From Eledone cirrhosa (lineage: Eukaryota), in the NCBI GenBank assembly GCA_964016885.1, contig OZ024740.1, positions 147,064,001 through 147,128,000 of the forward strand: DNA of 64,000 nucleotides. The letters run 5' to 3'. This document shows positions 13,465-28,021 of this stretch, piece after piece; position 1 is the first letter of the stretch, and the number at the start of each line of letters is the position of its first letter. A program made the translations under genes and the position numbers. The notes beneath the pieces are model-generated. The model ran no database searches, had not been told where the DNA came from, and saw only the letters and a program-made list of their open reading frames with translations.

Positions 13465-13695
13465 ATCATCATTTAACGTCTATCTTCCACACTGGCATGG
13501 GTTAGATGGGAATTGTCCTACTTGAGGCAAGATTGGTCGGGTGACCATATTTCGCTCGTATAGGACTATCTGGCAGGTTTCCTACGACTGGATGCCCTTC
13601 CTAACACCAACCACATTTACAGAGTGGTCTGGGAGCTTTTTACTGTGTTACCTACACGACCACATTACAGCATGGACTGTATATTTTTTTTTTGA
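13465..13695 (-). mobile_element. Diverged RTE 3' UTR fragment
   Basis: Shares ggatgcccttcctaacaccaaccacatttacag and the catcatcat tail with the other RTE copies. Confidence 0.75.
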
Positions 13696-13815
13696 CACAC
13701 ATACATGTATACATATATATACACACACATATATATACATACATATACACACACATATATATACATACATATACATACCCACACACATGTATACATATAC
13801 ACACATATATGTTAA

Positions 13816-14210
13816 TTAACAGTGCTGCCATCGAATGTGGCTTTTTAGCCCAGCCAATGATCTAAAATGTCTTGCACAGAGTTGGCAACCAAAACATCCA
13901 CTGACAATAACCGGCTGTGGTTGGATTTCATGTACTTTTGCATGTCTTTTGAACCCTCCTGCTGATCTACTCTCTCTTCCACATGCTTGACAGGTATGAT
14001 GAGCAGCATCTCCAACAGCAGCCTGGTAGTCAACCACTTATTTCACTTTATGACTGCGAACATTACTTTTGAATCCAGCTTTGCTGAGACAGAGTCTGGC
14101 ACAGACGCTGCATGTCAGCGCCATAGGAGGACCTACGCTGTCTGGAATGCAACAGCAATGCCTTTCCTTACATCCCTTTTTACTTTCTCGTATGCGATTT
14201 GAGATACCTC
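13816..14210 (-). mobile_element. 3' fragment of a different RTE family with three C-terminal C2H2 zinc fingers
   Basis: CSVCARLCLSKAGFKSNVRSH, CQACGRESRSAGGFKRHAKVH and CQLCARHFRSLAGLKSHIRWQH, preceded by a basic RIAYEKVKR segment. Confidence 0.65.
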
Positions 14211-14362
14211 AAAAGCAAATATCTTGTAAATATGTGTGTGTATATCTGATTGTGTTAATTGATTGGTCAAAATTTCAAAAGGGAATTGTAAGCTACAGGT
14301 AAATTCTATGGCAACAGCAGGGGTGTAAGAGAAATTCTATTATTGGAATATGGTTTTAGGGA

Positions 14363-14402
<40 letters not shown>

Positions 14403-15107
14403 TGAGGGTATATATATAACAATACACACATGTATGTGTGTGTTTTTTTTCAGCCTGTCTGTCACAGTCCCTTTAGCAATACACACATATGTGTGTGTGG
14501 GGGGGGGGGGTCTGTTTTATCCTGTCTGCCACAGATCCCTTTGTGGTGGGAAATTAAAAAGAAATTTTTCTTCAAAATAATTCCCAAAACTTAAAGATTC
14601 CTTCAGGATATACATACATATATATATATAATTTATGGGGACTGCATCAAATGAAAAATTGAAGTCTACTTTAATTTACTGCAAATTTTCACAGTAATCT
14701 CTCCTCTAATGAAAAACAAAAAACAAAAAAACAATAAGCATTTAAATTAACACATTTTAAAATATTATTGCTAAATCATTACAGGATTTTCAAAGTTAAA
14801 TAGGAACTCTTGAAAATTGGTAGTTTTGTTTCGTAGAACCAGTGCCAATTTTGGTTGGGTTGGTGTCAAAAGAATTAATCTTGAAAGTCTAATAATCAAG
14901 ACTTACCCCACGAAATACATGGCCAAAGTATGTGTTTAATTTCTTTAGTCCTATGTCATGTATCTCATTTTCAATCCATCTGAATAGAAAAGTGAAAACA
15001 TTAAATTTCAAAATATATTAGTAAAATGCTCTTAACACTTTGTAGATTCTGAAGAGTGCCTTGGTGATATGTCGTTGCCATCCCTCTCCAGGTCAGAACA
15101 TAGTCGA

Positions 15108-15310
<203 letters not shown>

Positions 15311-15559
15311 AAAGCAGAATAATAAGCCTAAGCCTCTGTACTGGATTTGTAATTTTTTCAGGCTTGAAAAGATGAAAGGCAAAGTTAACCTCAGAAGGGA
15401 GTGAACTCTGAGCACAGTCAGCCAGAATAAATATCAAAGCATTTTTTATTTGACAATCAAATGACTTTGTCAATTCATTACCTCATAAAATGCATTACAA
15501 TCAATTAAATATTAGTATTTGTATAGATTTTATATTGTGATTTTGTTTCATGTGTTTGT

Positions 15560-16118
15560 ACAGGCATGGCTGTGTGGTTAAGACATTTGGTTCAATCATG
15601 TGGTTAGGGGTTCGATCCAATGGCATGGTACCTTGAGTAAGCATCATCTATAGGCTCAGGTCAGTCTGTGCTTTGTAAATAAATTGGGTTATCGGAAAGT
15701 ATGGCAAAGTGCTGGAGTCATGATAAGATGCACCCAATATATTCTGTAAAGCAAGTGGCATTAAAAAGGGCACCCACTCCCACCAATACCACCCCAACCT
15801 GACAAATTGACCACAATAGTACTGTTATGAGGTAGTTGCTGTTGCCATAATAAAAAGCACCCAAACCACCCTGTAAAATGGTAGTGCTGGTATCACAATG
15901 AAAAGTGCCCAGTTCACTCTGTGTGGTGATAATGCCAGAATTACAATAAAATGCTCCCAGAACATGCTGTTAAGTGGTTGGCATTAAGGAGGACGTCCAG
16001 CCAAAAATGGTGTACATGACCAAGACATGGTCACCTGACCTGTGTAGCCTCAGTATGTGATAACCCATCTAACATGCAATTATGGAAAATATACGATAAA
16101 TGGTGATGATGTTAATGA
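15560..16118 (+). mobile_element. Old tRNA-derived SINE with RTE-like 3' region
   Basis: Box A tggctgtgtggtt and box B ggttcgatcc. Internal aaaagcaccc..ctgtaaa repeats and a gatgat tail resemble the RTE 3' UTR. Confidence 0.6.
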
Positions 16119-16259
16119 TCCCATTCAGCACTCTAATGATTCTATTAATCCATTATCCTGGATAGGTACATTATCAACCTTGAAAGGATAAAAGGAAAAG
16201 TTTACTTTGGCTGGGCTTAAACTCAGAATGCAATGAACCAGAATAAATATTATAAAACA

Positions 16260-16288
16260 TGTGTGTGTGTGTGTCTGTGTCTGTGTCT

Positions 16289-16340
<52 letters not shown>
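16260..16340. repeat. (GT)n microsatellite
   Basis: Direct reading. Confidence 0.95.
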
Positions 16341-16343
<3 letters not shown>

Positions 16344-16344
<1 letters not shown>

Positions 16345-16630
16345 TTTCAGTCTTTAGACTATGACCATGCTGGGACACTGCTTTGAAGGGACATAGTTGA
16401 TCATATCAACACTGTTCTTTATTTGTTTCAAGTCTGGACATATTTTATTGATATCTTTATGTCAAACTGGTAAGTTACAGAGCATAAACAAACACTATAC
16501 AGTTTCTACCTATCAGTTTCCACTCACAAGCCATTGGTTAACAATAGGCTATAGTTGAAGACACTTCCCAAAGTGTCATGCAGTAGGCCTGAGCCCTAAA
16601 CCATGTGGTTATAAAATGAATTCTATAACT
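16344..16630 (-). mobile_element. Old SINE whose 3' tail resembles that of the LINE at 3623-5827
   Basis: Minus-strand end cagtgtcccagcatggtcatagtctaaagactgaaag resembles ggcggtgccccagcatggcctcagcc..ggctgaaac at 5761-5800. Confidence 0.5.
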
Positions 16631-16737
16631 ACAGATGAAGACCATTTTTACATGTTATCACTTAGTCAGGAATGTATGGTCAGAGCAGTGACCATGATTT
16701 GTTAGTAATAAATTAAAGAATTTTTTATCCAACTTAC

Positions 16738-16864
16738 TTGCTTTCATCAACAAGTGCTAAAACTTCAACTGTGTAGTTTCGAAGGGTTCCAGTTACTGCT
16801 CGTTTCTTCATATAATGAACAGAGTTTTGAGATTTCTTTAAATTTAATGTTCTATCCGTTATAT
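16738..16864 (-). CDS. Probable host internal coding exon, ADAM/ADAMTS (M12B reprolysin)-like prodomain-catalytic junction
   Basis: Acceptor ..ttaattacAG and donor GTAAGT bound a 127-nt open exon, (D)ITDRTLNLKKSQNSVHYMKKRAVTGTLRNYTVEVLALVDES. A basic cleavage site is followed by a VE-x-L-x-x-x-D strand. It lies in the main low-repeat interval of the window. Confidence 0.6.
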
Positions 16865-17529
16865 CTGTAATTAAATGTTTTATATAACAATATTCACATA
16901 AAAGTAAGCAAACCAAATGAAATATATCATCATTTTCATCGTGTAACATCTGCTTTTCCTGCTAGCAAGAGTTGGACGGGAGCATGAAATAAATATACTA
17001 ACATAATTATTAGCAGTAGTACTAACATAGAGTGGTTCATAATAGGGGTGTATCATCATCATTGTTTAACATCTATTTTCTATGCTAGGATAGCTTAGAT
17101 GGTATATGAAGGCATACAATAAACATAATAGAGTCTCACTATGACTATCTAGCCATATGAGAATATCAGATGTTTCAGGAATTTTTCGCTTACTTAGTAA
17201 AAGACAAGAATAAGCTTATAGCTTATATACATTTTTGAATATGAAACATTGGTTGAAGATGCTCATTTGTATATAGTGTAAATTTGACTGGCTAGGAGTT
17301 ATTAGTAGTAACCCTAACATAGTATAGTTCATAATACATATATTCAACAGAGTGAATATCATGATCATATTTCCTCTATTGTCATTCCATTGAGATCTGT
17401 CGAGGATTGACGTTGAAGACATTAAGATTTGGTCTCTCTATCTACCACTGGAATATCCTTGGTTATATATAATAGTTTGGTGTTATATAAACAACATGTT
17501 ATATGAACAGTATGGTGCTATATATATAA

Positions 17530-20497
17530 TAATAATAATGAAATATTGTGTACAGTGCTCAGGTGCACTACAACTCATCAAGAAGTGTATGTATAGTCCA
17601 TAGGAAAATGAACAGTGCATGAGTCATGATATACACATGTGTGCATGTGTATGGAAGGGGTACATCAGGTGTAGTTTTGGCGAATTTCAGGAAGCATGAG
17701 GGGTTTAAAGGATGCAGTGTCTTGGCTAACACCTGACACAGGCAGTTTGTTCCATATTTCAACAACTCTGAGCGTGAAAAAATGTTTCCGAAAGTCATGG
17801 GAGCTGTGCTGTTTTCTTATTTTGTAGGCATGTCCACATGTGTTAGACACATGGAAATCAAAAAGGTGCTCAGGGTTGTTGTTGGCGAGATGGTTAATAA
17901 CTTTGTGGGTGTTTACCAAGTCCATTGCCAGACGTCGGAGCTTCAATGAATCCATGCCCAGAGAAGCAAGGCGTTCAGAGTATGGTAGGTGTCTGATGGA
18001 GGGTATTCACTTGGTTGCACGTCTCTGAACAGTTTCCAGGAGGTCAATGTTCTGAGCAAGATAGGGGTTCCAGACTGATGATGCGAATTCCAAGTGTGGT
18101 CGTACCATAGCTGTATACAGCTTTAAATAGATGGCTGGAGAGCGCCTAACAAAGGTCTTGCTGAATGATGCCAAGACACTCTCGGCCTTCTTGACAATCT
18201 TAGAGACATGCTTTGTCCAACGCAAATCGCTGCTAACAGTAATGCCCAGGTCACGTTCACAAGAGGACTTCTTGATATCAGTGTTGTGGAGGCAGTATGT
18301 GGACGCTGGATTTTTCCTCCCAAAATGCATGGTGGTACACTTGTCCACAGCCAGCTTCAGTTGCCAGTCTGTGATCCATTGCTGCATTGTGTCCAGGTCT
18401 GATTGTAGGAAAGAGTTGTAGATTTCAGGATCAGTCCTTTTGATTTCAAGGTACAGCTTGATGTCATCTGCATATTTCAGTACCGTGGCATTCTTTAAAT
18501 TGGCATCTATGTCATTAATATATGCCACAAACAAAAGGGGACCAAGAACAGATTCCTGTAATACACCAGATGACATCTCATATGGTGAAGAATGCTGTCC
18601 TAGAACCGTGACTACCTCTTTTCGGCTGAGAATGAAGGATTTCAACCAGTTAAAAAGATCATCCCTCACACCCATTGCAGAGAGTTTTGCCATAAGTCTT
18701 TTGTGTGGCACAGAATTAAAAGCCTTAGCGAAGTCAAGGTAAACAACATCCACCCATGAGCCGCTGTCAGTGATCCGGGTAATGCCTTCAAAGAACTCGA
18801 TAAGCTGATCACAGCAGCTGGAGTTAGGGATAAATCCAAACTACGAGGGCTGGATGAGGTAGTGAGAGCTCCAGAAGTTCCAAAGTGTTTCTCTGACACA
18901 GGATTCCATCAGTTTGGCAATACAGCTAGTAAGACTGACTGAACGATAGTTGACAGGTGACGTGCGGTCATCCTTTTTGAACAGGGGAATGACACTGGCA
19001 GTTTTCCACTGCTCCGGAGTAGCACCAGTGTTGAGACAGTATTGAAAGAAGAAAGAAAGCTGGTGCAAAAGGAAGTACCCGCCACGTTTGAGAAGCAGGT
19101 ATGTAACACCATCAAGACCAGGGGAGGCATAGTTGCGCTTATTCTTAAGGTGACGTTGCAACATTGCAGGTGTAAATTCCATAGTTCTTATGGAATTTGA
19201 TGTTAGAGATGGTGGAGATGGTACATTCTGATTTTCAACAGTAAAAATGCTTGCAGAGCACTCAGCAATGATTCTGCGCATTCTTTGGGATCATCAGGGA
19301 TCTGGCTTGTGTGGGGATTGCGAAGAGGACCAACTGGAGAGTGAGGTCTCTGCTTTGAATGAACATATTTCCAGAACACCTTACTGTTAGGATTGGTTGC
19401 TATGCACTGTTCAAATTCAAGCACTGCCTTTTTTGTCACTTGCTTGAGATGGTTGGAAGATTTATTCCGCTTTTTCTGTTGGCATCTGATTTATGCAGTT
19501 TATATTCCTGTTCAGCGTTCTGACGTTCTTTCCTGGCAAGTCGGACCGCTGAAGTTTCCCAAATTAGACTTTTGGGGTGGGTTTTTTCTGCACAGCCTAT
19601 CTATATTGAGTCCAGGATGCTCTGGAGTATAGTGTTCACATCTCCAGAGTTATAGAACTCATACCAGTTTGGGCGCTGGAGCTCAGTGCAGTACAAGTTC
19701 CAATCTGCTTTCTTCCAATCAAAGCAAGCAGATAGGAGATGGTTCTGGTTTTTGTTGCTACCCGCAAGAGCCAGATTGGCAATGATCATAGCATGATCAG
19801 AGTCGCCTAGAGGTTCCTCAATAGTACAACTGATAACCACTTCAGGAGTAGTGGTGAAGATCAGGTCCAAAGTGTTGTCACCTCTTGTTGGAGAGGTGAC
19901 TACTTGTGACCAGTTTGAGTCCAGCACTAGCTCAAGGAAATCGTTTGCACTTTGTGGCCAACGAAAGGTTTCCCAATTGATCTCAGGATGATTGAAGTCA
20001 CCTGCAATAAACACATAAGTGGCTGTTTTCCTGGCAGCAGCTCTGAGGATATCGCAAAGCTGTGTGTCCTGATGGTAGTTTGGGGGGCGATAAACAACAC
20101 CAAGCAGAGGTGTCAACATGGTCATACGTATGTCACAAAAAAACTTCTTGTGATTCGTTCAAATCAATGCAAGGAATTACTGAAAAGTTTGAATGAACGT
20201 AGACCATCACACCACCACCACAGCGATTAATGCGGTCCTTGCGGAAAAGGTTGTACCCAGTAATCCTGAAAACCCCATCACAGAGTAAGGAATGTGCCCA
20301 GGTTTCCGTAACTGTGATAAAGTCAGGGTCGATGCTTCTGACGTAGGAGTTAAACAGATGGATCTTGTTGCATAAACTGCGAGCATTTAAAGACAACAAT
20401 TTGTACCCTGCTTTCAGTTTATGATGGTGTGTAGAGGATGGCGGGTTGTTCTGGTTTAGTTTCCCAGAGTTGTTGCAGTTTTTTCATTGCCAGTTAT
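17530..20497 (-). mobile_element. CR1-clade LINE ORF2 (APE + RT), decayed, with (ATT)n tail
   Basis: APE motifs LNARSL, VTETW, VYRPP, AGDFNHP, TLDLIF, DSDH. RT motifs [35 protein letters not shown]. Multiple frameshifts. Confidence 0.9.
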
Positions 20498-20609
20498 TGT
20501 ATATATGAACAGTATGGTGGTATATATATATATGAACAGTATGGTGATTATATATATATATATATATAACAGTATGGTGGTATATATATATATATATGTA
20601 AACAGTATG

Positions 20610-20646
<37 letters not shown>

Positions 20647-20825
20647 AGTATGGTGATATATATATATATATATATAAACAGTATGGTGATATATATATAT
20701 ATATATAAACAGTATGGTGATAATATATATATATATATAAACAGTATGGTGATAATATATATATATATATATATATATATAAACAGTATGGTGATGATAT
20801 ATATATATATAAATATATATATATA
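20498..20825. repeat. Minisatellite AACAGTATGGTG+(TA)n, about 9 units
   Basis: Direct reading; the same unit occurs at about 17506 on the other side of the CR1. Confidence 0.9.
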
Positions 20826-21415
20826 TCTTAAGGTTTGTTGGTTCACCACTGAATAGAACTGGTCATTCCGTATGGTCAATCCTGGTGTAATATTGTGAAG
20901 AGTACTCAACGCAGGGCAGTTCACCCATCTTCGTTTGTGTAATTGGTGGTGCGAATACAGAGTTAATTATAAAAGAAGTAACAGGAGGCTGGACTGGTGT
21001 AAATCCTTGAAAGGTTTATTATACTATGATCATTTCAATGACCGGGTTCCATATGAATCCGGTGATATCATCAGGTATTGGAATATAACAAAGGAATATG
21101 TAAAAAGCCATGGGTCCGAAAAACCATGGGTCCGAGAAACCAGAGACAGAGAAGGTGGCTGACTAACTAGCTTCACAGCCAGCCGCCCTCAAAGAGATGT
21201 GCACAGATGTGAGAAAAACCACAGGCCCTCCATCTCAACTCTACTTTTGTAAAGCAGAAGAACTGCGAAACCGGTAAAGGAACCAAATAAATATATATAT
21301 TTTTTTAAAAAATAAGACTCCAGTTGCATTTTCGATTTCATCTTTTTTTCTTTATACTTTCACTCGTGTAGGACACCTTGGTTATTTTTCATTTTGTAAA
21401 GAAAACCTCACTTTC
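20826..21415 (+). mobile_element. Probable PLE pseudo-LTR remnant with a mutated hammerhead
   Basis: 21244-21279 reads ctt-TTGTAAA-gcag aagaa ctgc-GAAA-ccgg-TA-aag (core A6 changed to T). Confidence 0.55.
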
Positions 21416-21587
21416 TAATATAAATATATATATATATATAAATATAAATATATAAATATAAATATATTATATATATAAATATAAATATAAATATATAAAT
21501 ATAAATATATTATATATATATATAAATATAAATAAATATAAATATAAATATATATATATAAATATAAATAAATATATATATATATAT

Positions 21588-24500
21588 CATCATCATCATC
21601 ATCAGGTTTAGCGTCCGTGTTCCACGCTTGCATGGGTTTGGACGGGGGTTTTCCCACTTGAGGCAAGAGTGGTTGTCTTGCTCGCATAGGACTGTCTGGC
21701 GGGTTTTCTACAGCTGGATGCCCTTCCTAACACCAACCACATTTACAGTGTGGGGGTGGGAGGTTTTTACCGTGTTGCCTCCACGGCCACATTACAGCGT
21801 GGACTGTCTGGAGGGTTTTCTACAGCTGGATGCCCTTCCTAACACCAACCACATTTACAGTGTGGGGCTGGGAGGTTTTTACCGTGTTGCCTACACGGCC
21901 ACATTTACAGCGTGGACTGTGTGTTTTTTGTCGTGACACCTACATGATCTCATTTGTTTCGGCCTGGATGTTGTGGCACCAACATAACTTTACATTGAAA
22001 GGGGCGGTGTGGATGGGGTGGAGGTTGTGGGACGGGGGTGTGTTTTGATAGAGATGCCTACTGACTGTAGTAGGTTTTTACTTTGTATTTAGGTAAGGCG
22101 GGTCTTCTCTATTACTGAGTACCGCCAAAGGTCTCGGTCCAGTGACATTGTCTTGGAGAGGTGTAAGCGTGTGAGGTCGGAATTTATCATGTCGTCCCAG
22201 GTTTTTCTGGGTCTGCCTACTCCGTGGCTACCGTCTATCTTTATTGCCCTGCACTTTGTTATACAGCTGTCGTCTTTCATGCGCATCACGTGACCGTACC
22301 AACGTAGCCTTCTCTCGAGTAAACAACATCTGATCCCTCTTATTTCTAATTTTTTCCTTAGTTCGTTTATGCTTAGCCGTTCACGTATATTACTATTGCA
22401 CATCCAGCGGAGCATGCAAGCTTCGTTCCTCTCTAGTCTGCGTATATCCTCTGCACACAATGCCCAGGTCTCACTGCCATGCAGCATTGCTGTTCGTATG
22501 CAGGCATCGTATAACCTGCCTTTCATTTTTAGGGAGAACCCTCTAGCGGCTAATAGTGGTATAAGCTCTCTGAACTTTTTCCATCCAGTTCTGACTCTAG
22601 CTACTGTACTTTCAGAGCACCCTCCCCCACTGCTGATTTTGTCACCCAGGTAACGGAAGCTGTCCACTATTTCTATAGAACCCTCTGCGCAATTGAAAGA
22701 GCTAGTATTTAGTGGGCACTTGCTGCTACTTATTTCACCAGAGCACCGGCCACATGTAAAATCTATGTTCTTAGTTAGCTTACCTGTGATCCCACTACAT
22801 CTTTTATGCACCCATACTTTCCATTGGGGACATAAAATGGAGTTTCTACCTACGCTTTTCCTACACACTGAGCATGGCCATTTCCCAGAAGGGACCGCCG
22901 CCTTATTTTCTTTCCTACAAACTAGAACTTTAGTCTTAGCCAGGTTAATTTTAAGGCCTTTTGATTCTAGGCCGTGCTTCCATGTTTGGAATTTCTTTTC
23001 TTGTTCAGTCATTGATTCAGCTATGAGCGTTAGATCATCTGCGTATAGGAGTTCCCATGGGCAGCCGGTCTTGAACTCCTCTGTTATAGCCTGAAGAGCA
23101 ATAATAAATAGTAGGGGGCTAAGAACAGAGCCCTGATGGACACCAACTTTTACGCTAAACTCTTCACTATATTCGTTGTTAATTCTAACCTTACTGACTG
23201 TTTCTTTATACATGGCTTGTATAGCTCTCACAAGCCATTCGTCAACACCTAGTTTTCTAAGAGCCCACCAGATAATGGAACGGGGGACTCTGTCGAAGGC
23301 TTTCTCCAAGTCGACAAAAGCTAAGTATAGGGGTTTACTTTTAGCTAGGTACTTCTCCTGTAGTTGTCGTACAATGAAAAGAGCATCTGTGGTACTTTTG
23401 CCTGACACAAACCCGAACTGCATTTCATCTAGATCAATTCTCTCTCTGATTAGTTGCGCTATTACTTTTTCCGTGACCATGACCTGGTCGATTAATTTAA
23501 TGCCTCTATAGTTACTCCTATCTAGGGCATCTCCTTTTCCCTTATAGCAGTTAACAATGATGCTGCTACGCCAGTCCTTCGGAACAACCCCATTCTGTAC
23601 GACTTGGTTAACTATCCGGGTGACCATGGTGTGTCCCACCGAACCAGATGCCTTCAGCATCTCAACAACTATTTCCGAAGGCCAGCCGCCTTACCCGTCT
23701 TCATATCTTTGATTGCCTTACTTATTGTACTACCCTCGACTAACACTGCTGGTCCCTCTATTGGGTCGATGTGGGGGAGACTGTCTTTCTCCCATTTATT
23801 CTCCTCATTTAGAAGCCTTTCGTAGTGACACTTCCAAGCTACCTTCTTATCAGCGTCGGTGATGGCAAGTATGCCATCATCGTTAAGTACACACTTCTCC
23901 CCGACAATATCACGGTTTTCCTTGACACATTGCCTAGCAATCCTGAACACCTCACGTTGTAGAACATGCTTGAACTTTCTTTCCTCTGCTTCCCTTCTTG
24001 CGAAGTACACTTGTCTCCTAGCTTCCCTCCTGGCCACTTGATAGTCTTCTCTACTTCCCCCATCCCGCCATACTTTCCAAGCCTGCTTTTTGGCCTTAAT
24101 TGACTCCTCCACCTTACTGTTCCACCACCATGTTACTCTCCTCCTACCTACAGGCCTGCTCCAGCCACAGACCTCGTCTGCCGCCGTCAGCAGGTTTGCT
24201 TTCAGGAATTCCCACTGTTCCTCTATATTATACGACTAATTGCTCTTCCTTACTGTTGAAAGCATCAAGTAATATGCTTTGAAATTTATTTCTGGCTATG
24301 GGGTCCTTTAGCTTCCATATTTTTCTCCTGAGGATAGTCCTCTTCCGCTGTCTAGTACGTCTCGTCCTGACTATGAGGTCGCTAATTATCAGTCTATGTT
24401 GGGAGGTGAATTCTTCATGGGGAGGGATTTAGTGTTAACAACAGACACTCTGTCACGTCTTCTGGTTATGATATAATCTACCTGGCTTGTGTGTTCCCCC

Positions 24501-25106
24501 GATCTATAGGTGATCAAGTGATTGTCTCGTTTTTTGAAGTTAGTGTTACAGATAGTTAAGTTATTTGCGTCACAGAATTCCAGGATTCTGGAGCCTTCCT
24601 CATTTCTAGTACCGAACCCATAGCCTCCATGGATTCCGTCATAGCCGTCACAATGTTGTCCAACGTAACCATTTCGGTCGCCTGCAATAATTATATAGTC
24701 ACTGTCGGTTATTTGGGAGGTAGCGAGCATCAGTGTCTCATAGAATCTGTCTTTTATAGCGCCGGGCAGTCCGGATTGGGGTGCGTACGCAGATATTACT
24801 GTCACCGTAGTTTTATTGAGGACAAGTCTTATTTTAATTATTCTGTCGTTCACTCTATTTACGTCTATTATCTTATCTGCCCACTTTTCTGCTACCATGA
24901 TTCCTACCGCACCCAGCCCATTGTCATTTCCCACCCAGAAAAGCTTATAGCATCGTTCTTTACCCACGATGAATCTAGCAGCCCCTCCCCTTCACCTGGT
25001 CTCTTGAATACAACAAACATCGATCTCCTTACGTTCAAGCATTTCTACAACCTCGTTAGAGCGACCCTTTAAGGTGCCTACATTCATGGTACCAACTCTG
25101 AAGTTT
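21588..25106 (-). mobile_element. Near full-length RTE LINE, subfamily 1 variant, decayed
   Basis: APE (24389-24967), linker and RT ORF 22089-23660 with PHD-type finger. Frameshifts are present. The 3' UTR has a ~110-bp tandem duplication and a (GAT)n tail. Confidence 0.92.
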
Positions 25107-27778
<2,672 letters not shown>

Positions 27779-27998
27779 GAGGTTGTTAAAGTTTGCTTGA
27801 AGCATTGTGAAATGTGTAAAATACGTAGTTAAGAAAGCCACAACAATGCAGAGGGAAATCTCGAGGTAGGAAGTGAATGATAGATAGGAGAAACAGGTGA
27901 AAGTGAAAATTGAGAGAGACAAAGATGAAAACAAAACAAAGGTAGAAGGGTTACCGTAGTGGAGATTTAATCCCAATATTTCGGGCTCACGCCCATCA
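27779..27998 (-). mobile_element. Possible PLE pseudo-LTR fragment beginning inside a hammerhead
   Basis: Minus strand starts tgat-gggc gtga gccc-GAAA-ta-tt (stem II plus GAAA), followed by a pyrimidine-rich tract. Confidence 0.35.
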
Positions 27999-28021
27999 AT
28001 ATATATATATATACACTATAC

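Noticed and set aside
15046-15091. Possible plus-strand micro-exon (tgtAG...GTcaga)
   Set aside because: Weak donor, no recognisable peptide, and opposite strand to the better exon.
20498-20825. Repeat-spacer pattern resembling a CRISPR array
   Set aside because: The spacers are just variable (TA)n, the repeat is 12 bp, there are no cas genes and the context is eukaryotic.
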